The notes below the pieces were generated by a model. It ran no database searches. It worked only from the letters and a program-made list of their open reading frames with translations, and was not told the DNA's origin. Shown piece by piece: positions 56,303 to 64,000 of a DNA stretch of 64,000 nucleotides (its first letter is position 1; the number at the start of each line of letters is the position of its first letter). Origin of the DNA: Eledone cirrhosa (Eukaryota); contig OZ024740.1 in assembly GCA_964016885.1 (NCBI GenBank), forward strand, positions 379,192,001 to 379,256,000, given 5' to 3'. Position numbers and translations under genes: made by a program.

Positions 56303-58288
56303 GGATCTCCGTCGGGTCCGACAACGAGTATTCTAGTTATTCAACCAACGGAACTGCTTACCCTAGAAATTAACGTGCAAGTAGCTGAGCTTTCCACAAA
56401 CTTAATGTAATTTTGAGGCAGATTCAGGATCACACAGTGATCCAAGGCTGGCTCTTTAAATTACAGATACAGACCCTTTTTGCTAACTGAGTGGATAGGA
56501 GCAGCGAGAAATAAAGTGTGTTTCTCAGGGACTCAAAGTGCTACCAACAATTACTCATGACAGCGAGCTTGTGAGTCGAACAACCTAAACATACACACCA
56601 CTTCAGTAAACTCACAAGCATTACATACTCTGAATTATATATATGTGTACATATACATACTCTAAAGCATATATATGCACACATACACATCACATGCACA
56701 TACTCTGCAGCATACATATGTACACATACATGCCATATATACATCCTCTGTAATATGCATATGCTCCCATACACTCCACCTGTATACACCATTATATGTT
56801 TAAACCAAAGAATGAGCCTCTATGTGGTCCATGGACATCCTAGAAATTGCAGCTAACCCCCCTTGACCAATACCTTACTCTTGTTAAAAAGAGACCAATT
56901 CGGATATGTTATCTGGAGTTCACTACTGCTGCAAAAACAAGGAAGGATGTCATATCTATGATAATATATCTATTCAATGGAAGCTGACTTGGGGGACTCT
57001 ACAAAAACAATAACTACTACTTATGAATTGTTCATACACACACACACACGCACACGCACACACGCACACACACACATATATATATAATGAGAGAGAGACA
57101 GGGAGAAAGAGAGGAGGGGGGGGGGGCAAACATGCCTGCATATGGTAACTATGTTATTGCGAAGAAGGGTGTCGGTTCTCTTGCATATTTATTTGCATAT
57201 TTTCTTTTTATTACGTATAAAATATTTTTTGTTTCATAGACAATTTGTTTCTATACTGGGGAAGGAGTTCCGTCGGTTTCGACGATGAGTATTCCATTTC
57301 TTCGATGAAATTAATATGTAAGTCACTGAGCATTCCACTGACACGTGTACCGTTAACGTAATTGTCAGCGAGATTAAGCGTGACTCAATCAGTGCATGCC
57401 AAGGCCTTTGGAATAACAGGTACAGTTCCTCCGCCAAGCTTCCGAATAGTTTACGTCTACCCAATTTCCCCTAGAAGGCATATGTCAATCCAAGGCTCCG
57501 GTAAATGATGCTTGCTGAAGATCCCACGCAACAGGGATCGAACCGGGGCCTTAATGATTGCGAAACGTGTTTCTTAATCATTCGGCCTTGCTGCGTCAAG
57601 CGTTTTTATATTACTGGTACTTTATCAGCCTGGAATGATATATGGAAAAGATGACCCTACGACCTCGTGCCTAAACATTAAGAAATACTGTTCAACGTTA
57701 TTTCACATTTTTCATTCACTTACCAACCTTTTGAATTAGAATTCTTCAACTTAGACGTTATGATAGTTATTAATTTCCTATATGCATTATCGACACGATG
57801 AGACATTTAATTACTTTCGACCTAAGTATCCTGGCTCATATATTTGGTATTAAAGTGGAATGGCTTTATACTATAGAGGAATGGAAACTAAGGAACGAGA
57901 TCTCGTACTCTAGTACCATTGCGAAGTATTATACTAATAGTTATAAAAAGAGACACATACATACACACACGCATATAGACAGACTGCTAGAGAGACATAT
58001 AGATAGATGAATAGAAGGGAAGATGGATAGATAGATAGATAGATAGATAGATTTCTATTTATTAGCCACAGGGGCACAAATGAAGGGGACAAATACAAAG
58101 GGGGAAGTTTACATGCAATAAAAACGTGTAAAATATCACAAATGCAATTTAAAAATTAGTCGATTTTCCCCAATAGGGGGAGACATTTCATATGGGTAAC
58201 ACATACCCCCGAAAAAAAATGTACAGCCCTAATCTCCAGGAGTACGAAGAGTTTGTACTCCCTTCCTCTCCTCCTCTTTTTCCTCAAC

Positions 58289-61200
58289 CTACAGGCTGAT
58301 ATAGAGAGAAGGCCCATTCACTCGGGCCATTCTCGCCACTTTCACCCACCTTTCATAAAACTTGCTGGGGTACAGCACCTCTCTCTCCATCCTGATTCTT
58401 CTTCGAAAGTGGTATTTGAAAAAAAGAATCAGTTGTTGGCCGGAGAGAAAGGTGTCTGACCTCAGCCCTTTCAACCTTGTGCACCATACAACCTCTTTCG
58501 CCATAGCTATCACACAAAGGAAAACCGCCTCTCCTTCGTTTTTGAAGGAGGGTGGCGGTTTGATCATGACAATGGACTCGGTGGTCAACCGGATTGGCCC
58601 CACCCGCGACAATAGTCGTTCTACATAGCCCCACAGGTCGGTGACGCCCGGGCAGTGTATGAATGCGTGCGCGACGGTTTCTTCGTCTCGCACGCACCTC
58701 GGACATATTTTTTTGCAGGGTCCCTGCCCGGGCGCCCATGTCTGTAGAGCTTGTCTCGAACTGGTAGAGCTCCTCGGTAGCACTACCAGGCCAGTGACTT
58801 TTGGAAGTTGTCCATCGGTCCCGGGCGGAAGGTCCTACAGAACAGACTGGCCAGTTCGTCTTCCTCTACGCCCAGAGTTTCTCCGAGCACGTCGTCGCAC
58901 TTGCTGCGGATCAACCCTCTATAGAATGACGAAGTGGAGTCTCCACTGATCGCCGGGTTCGCGTGCCAGAGGGCTGTGAGCGCCTGAGCACATTCGATGT
59001 GCCAGTCGCCCATTTTCCTCGGTCTTTGCTTGACCCAGGACTGCGACTTGGGGCCCACACTGGTTGTCCGGTGAGGAATACGTAGAGATGCCGCAGCCTG
59101 AGCGCGTGTTTGCGCATCGTCAGCCACGGCATCCCCAGCCCTCCGTTGGAAGGGCGTTGGCAGCAGATGGATCTTCTCACCAAAGGAGCCCGCCTCTTCC
59201 AAAGGAATTGGAAGAGCCCGCGCTCCATTTTGACGAGCGTTTTGGCTGGACAAGGCACGACGGTCAAGCGGTAGTAGATGGCGGACGCTATAAAAGTGTT
59301 CGCCACCTCCGCTCGACCTTTCAAGGATAGTTTGCACTCGGCCCACTTCTGGGTGAGTGCAAACACCTTGGCCGTCACCTCGGTCCAGTTCTTCTCCACC
59401 TGGAGGTCCGTACCAAACCAGACCCCGAGCCGCTTTACTGGTCCTTCCGTCCAGCGTCCGACGACGCCATCGGAAGGCATCGGTTTGCCTCTCCACGATC
59501 CGAGTTGCAAACCGATGGACTTGTTCCGGTTCAGCTTGGCTCCTGTGAACCTTTCGTATTCCTTCAGTAAGGTGCCGACTTCCTCGAATTGCGAGGCGCT
59601 CGACACCATTACTGTTACGTCGTCGGCGTAGGCCGACGCCGCTTTCCGCAGTCCCGGTTCCAGAGGGATGCCCTGCAATAGCTCCAACTTCCGCAGTAGT
59701 GGCTCGAGAGTCAATACGTACAGAAGGGATGAGAGAGGGCATCCCTGTCGAATGGATCGCGTGATATGGAACGGCTCCGAGAGGTAGCCGTTCACCTTAA
59801 CCCTTGAGCAGATGTTGCTGTTATGCATTGCAGCAATCCAGCCCCTGAACACAGGTCCGAAGCCTGCCGCATCGAGCACCGCATCCAGGTAACGATGGTC
59901 AACCCTGTCGAAAGCCTTAGACTGATGCAAGTTGATCAGGGCCCCACCGAAGCCGGGTTTAAACCCTACCCTCTCTATGATGTATCTTATGAGGTGGAGG
60001 TTGTTGTGTATGGACCTGGTCGGGATTGCGCATGTCTGCGCTTCCCCACCAGGTTCTCGACAACAAGCGCCAGCCTCTTTGCCAACACCTTGGCCAAAAT
60101 CTGTAACTCTCTGTTTAGAAGAGTTATGGGCTGGAAGTTGCCTATGTCATCCCCCTTATTCTCGTTCTTCCTGACTAGTGTGACTACGCCTCCGGTCATA
60201 GAACACGGGAATTCTCCCGTTCTGTCGCCAGTTGCAGTAGACCGCTTCCAGGATACCGGAGAATAAGTCCGGCATTGCTACGTAAAATTCGTAGGGTAGA
60301 CCTTCGAGATCTGGAGATTTGCATTTGCCGCATTGGCTCAGCGCGTCCCCTATCTCAGCGGCTGAAATCGGCTTTTCGCAGAACTTTGCCTCGCTGTCTG
60401 ATAGTCGCGGTAGGCCGTCGAGGTATGGACCGAAATCCATAGCCCCTCCCGGCGCGCCGCCCTTCCCGAACAGCTGAGCAAAGTGCCGCTGAAAGGCCGC
60501 ACACATCTGCTTCGGCTCACGTATCACGCGTCCGTTTTGGTCCTTCAAAGACCGAATCGTGGACTTGTTGCCACTTTTTGCCTCCGTCACACGGGCCCAG
60601 CTAACAGCTTTGGCCCCCTCGTTTCCCAGAGCACGTATTTTGCTTCTGACAACGCAGCCATCATGCTTTGCGTCGAAGAACTGGACCAAGGCCGTTCTTG
60701 TTGCTAGCACGCTGGCTACGTTGCCACTTCTAATTGCTTCTTCTACTTTATCTACCAGTTCTTTCTCGGTTCTATTTCTATCTAACGCTAATTCTTTACT
60801 AAAACTAACGAGTCTAATCTCACTGCCCTCATGAGAGAGTACCACCATCTGTTGTTGACAATGGCCCCTGTCAAGTGCTGTTTAACTAAAGTGCTAATCC
60901 GTCTACTGTAGGCTTTGCATGTCGGTAACGAGAAGTTCAGCTTCCAGTAGCCGGGTCCTTGTCTATGGGTTCTATCAAGGTTGACCATGCAGGTCACTAG
61001 TTTGTGATCTGAATAGGCAACCATGAACATTTGTGGACAGCTTAATATGTCCCTATCTTTATTTCTAACTAGAACCCTATCTAGGTACGATCTGGATGTT
61101 CCGCTAAGATTAGTCCACGTCCACAGTGGCACAGTCGGAAAATCTAGTCGATATCTATCGGCCAGGTCAAATCGGCCTATTAACTGTTTGAGGATGTTAC

Positions 61201-61690
61201 ACCCCCTTTTATCGGGACATGCTCCCACATAGTCCCAACGTGCATCTAGGATTCCATTCCAGTCCCCCACTAAAAGCAAGGAGCTGGACGTTCCCAGAAA
61301 AGTCTCTAGACGTTTGTAGAAGTCTGGCAGCGGTGTCCCGGATGGGGCATATGCGACCACCAGCCTGAAGGCTCCACCTTCACTACCGTCAACGTCTAGG
61401 ACCACCAGTCAACCCTCCGGGTCCAGATGTACCGTCTGTGTTACGAGGCCCAGTTGGTTCCGCAGCAAAACGGCAACTCCGCCCCCACCCCCACCCCCCG
61501 GCTGACAGAGAGATGCGTAGATCTCAAAGTCATCGAAGATGGGGGCCAGCTGTCGCTCGCTGTGGATCCTAGACTCGCAAATGGCTACTACATCCACACT
61601 GTGGGACCTGAGGTCGTTTAAGAGTTTTCCCTGTTTCCAGGGCATCCCCAGGCCGCGTACATTCACACACCCAACTCTTATATTGGCCAT
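58289..61690 (-). pseudogene. Tx1 ORF2 (APE endonuclease - RT - zinc finger), several frameshifts and stops
   Basis: Collinear ORF pieces 61409-61690, 60788-61405, 60156-60848, 59987-60199, 58911-59930, 58783-59742, 58289-58783. Confidence 0.92.
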
Positions 61691-61728
61691 GTTGGTTCTG
61701 AAAAGTTAAAAGAGGAGAAAAAAAACAC

Positions 61729-63516
61729 TCACCTCTTCGTCTCCCGGGGATCAGGCCGCACGGTTTCCATGGGGGTGTTAGAGGAGTTGTCTGGGTGGGT
61801 GGGTGGTGGTTTCCGGTGGGGTGGGGACGGAGATGTTTGGTGGGGTGGGGGTATCTGGGGTGAGGGTAGGGAAACTTTTTAAAAGGACACGGTTAATGGG
61901 TTTAACACAAGGATTACCCACGTCCTTAGGAAAGTTTTCCTTTAAAGACTGATAGGTGTCCGTAGGGACCCTAATCATCTTTAAATTAGGTTTGTCTACA
62001 CAGTTCGAAAACGTGTTCCTTCGGTTTTCACCGAAGGGTCGTTGGAGATGACCTCCATTAAAGTTTTGTTTTTACTGTTTATGTATGTGTAATGTTCTTG
62101 TTGTGTTGCGGTGGTTATTGTCTGTTGCTCTTGTGGGAGATTTCGTTTTGTTGTAGGTGTTTGTGTTTGGAGTGATGTGGTTTTGTTTTCGGGACGGGGG
62201 TTTTTGTTTGTAATGTTTGTATTGTTTGTGTTGGTGGTTGTATGTTTGTAGTGATGTTTGTTGTTTTTTTGTTCTTGTGGTGTCTTTTCTTCTTTCTTTT
62301 CGAACGGAGAGGCTCTCCCTCATCATCACTTGTTGATGATGTGGGGGCCTCGTCCGATGTGGTGTCTGTGTTATTTGGAAGGGGTATGTTTTGGGGAGCT
62401 GTTGTGTTTGTGGGTGTTTTAGCAGTGGTTTTAGGTGGAGTGGGGTTGGTGGGACTGTGCTTGCAGGTTTGTTTGTTGTTCTTGTTTTGGTTTTGTTTGT
62501 GTGTTGTTGTTTTTGTTGTGGTGGTGGTGGTGGTGGTGGTTGTGTTGTTGTTTTGGGTGTTGGCAGTAGTGCCTCTTTTTTTTTTAGTTAACTGAGGACA
62601 GTAAGCCTTCAAGTGACCACTGCTTAAACAGTGGTAACATGAAGGCCGCCTACCCTCAACAGAAATGTTTATGTGTGAAATTCCATCCAGAGGCACACGT
62701 TAGGGTATTTTAGCTATCCGTTCTGGCCTCATTTGGACCAGAACTTCCATGCTTGTACCATTGAATGTGCCTCTGGAGGACTTTCCCACCGAAATGATGG
62801 TGTCTTCGTCGAAATCGATGAAGCCAGTTAGAATCCACCAGACGTTTACATTTGGTGCAAACTTCAAAATTTTTATTTTTTTAGTTCTTTTTCCCATATA
62901 TGTGGGGAAAAAGGTGTAAAGAGGGGACACAATCGGCGATACAGAATATTTTTGTGCTGTCAATTGGTCTTTCAACAACACCGAAATACTTCAAAAAAGT
63001 TTCCCTTTTTGGATGAAGGCAATATCCTTCATGGAATTCTTCAGAACCAGTTCAATATCGTTTTGGGATAACTGAACTGGTTTTTTCGACACATTTGAAA
63101 CTGTCCTAAAAATTACTGTTTTTAGAACAGTTTCTCTGCGTAACTGTTGAGGAGAAGTGATGCTGAAAGCACCGCTCTCACCAAAATTTATGTACTGTTT
63201 TGCATCGCTTAACATTTCCCTAGCATTGGAAATGTCAAGGTATGTGAACAGTTCCGTCTTTTGGACGGTTTGAGCAAAAGAAATAGTTTTCCTTGTTCGT
63301 GGAGTTGTTCGTGTTGTTGTTGTTGTTGGTGGTGGTGGTGTTGTTGTTATCATTGTTGTTGTTGTTGGTGGTGGTGTTGTTGTTATCATTGTTGCTGTTG
63401 TTGTTCTTGTTGTCATTATTGTTGTTGTTGTTGTTGTTGTTCTGGTTGGTGTTGTTTATATTTTGCATGTTATTGGTGTTTGTGTTAGTGTTGATGTTCC
63501 AATCAACGTCCGACAT
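61729..63516 (-). pseudogene. Tx1 ORF1 (gag-like, CCHC knuckle), disrupted
   Basis: ORF pieces 63235-63516, 62991-63416, 62700-62981, 62115-62696, 61778-61978. Confidence 0.85.
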
Positions 63517-63571
63517 CGTGTTTTCAAAACTGACGACAGAGTACTCGATACTTGGGGTAGTAGAGTGGATA

Positions 63572-63685
63572 ATATGAAAAGATTCCGGACCCCGACGGCT
63601 GAGCTCCGGTTTTTTCGACAGCTAAATCCGATCTCGGATCTAGCTGTCGAAACGGCCGGAGCTCAGCCGTCGGGGTCCGAAATCT

Positions 63686-63693
<8 letters not shown>
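63572..63693. repeat. Foldback (~60-bp arms) overlapping the Tx1 5' end
   Basis: ATATGAAAAGATTCCGGACCCCGACGGCTGAGCTCCGG..TTTCGACAGCTA.ATCCGA TC TCGGAT.TAGCTGTCGAAA..CCGGAGCTCAGCCGTCGGGGTCCGAAATCTTTTCATAT. Confidence 0.92.
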
Positions 63694-63742
<49 letters not shown>

Positions 63743-63784
63743 AATGATATTAATAAATGGAAACTATAGTTATAAAACCATATT

Positions 63785-63845
63785 TATTCTATTATATATA
63801 TTTCAAAGGTACCAAAACTTTGGTACACTCTCATCAGATAAAATA
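63785..63845 (-). ncRNA. Minimal type I hammerhead ribozyme, canonical core; same family as 50043 and 50768
   Basis: Minus: TATTTTAT-CTGATGA-GAGTGTACCAAA(GT)TTTGGTACCTTT-GAAA-TATATA-TA-ATAGAATA. Confidence 0.8.
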
Positions 63846-64000
63846 CAAACTTTGTATATATATATCGCTGAAATTGTATATATATATATGCGCTTACTCT
63901 TTTACTTGTTTCAGGTTTGTCATTAGACAGCGAGCCGGGCATGCTGGAGAACCAACTTGATTTAATTAATTATATCGACCCCAGTACTTATTTTTTTAGG

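Larger units (their letters stand above)
58051..63620 (-). mobile_element. L1/Tx1-clade non-LTR retrotransposon, essentially full length (~5.6 kb), disrupted
   Basis: ORF1 with poly-Asn N-terminus and CYHCLSSGHLKAYC knuckle; ORF2 APE (GCVNVRGL, LVGDWN, SYLDRV, SDH), RT (QSKAFDRVDH, IRQGCPLS, AYADDV), C-terminal CPRC..H....C; 3' end abuts (GATA)n. Confidence 0.95.

Overview
AT-rich, microsatellite-saturated eukaryotic DNA with no host exon that I can support. The SINE and LINE repertoire suggests an octopod cephalopod (Octopus sp.); this is an inference. Recognisable content: (1) a near full-length but disrupted L1/Tx1-clade LINE (58051-63620, minus) plus shorter Tx1 pieces; (2) tandem R4/Dong-clade LINEs sitting in (TAA)n (17164-22226) and older R4 remnants; (3) a head-to-tail array of ~600-bp bipartite RTE-derived non-autonomous retroposons with (ATGT)n tails (37241-40875); (4) two Penelope-like element (PLE) remnants with RT and GIY-YIG coding traces and many PLE-type termini in (TA)n; (5) about 20 copies of a tRNA-derived SINE, and piggyBac- and mariner-type MITEs. 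The most striking non-coding signal, read by eye, is about 16 minimal type I hammerhead ribozyme (HHR) motifs. They include four copies with a compensatory U3-A8 core (TTGAAAA), a recurrent variant with U at both ends of stem II, and HHR pairs inside near-perfect foldback palindromes. Nearly all short ORFs in the track are microsatellite or antisense artefacts. Coordinates were counted by hand and may be off by a few bases.
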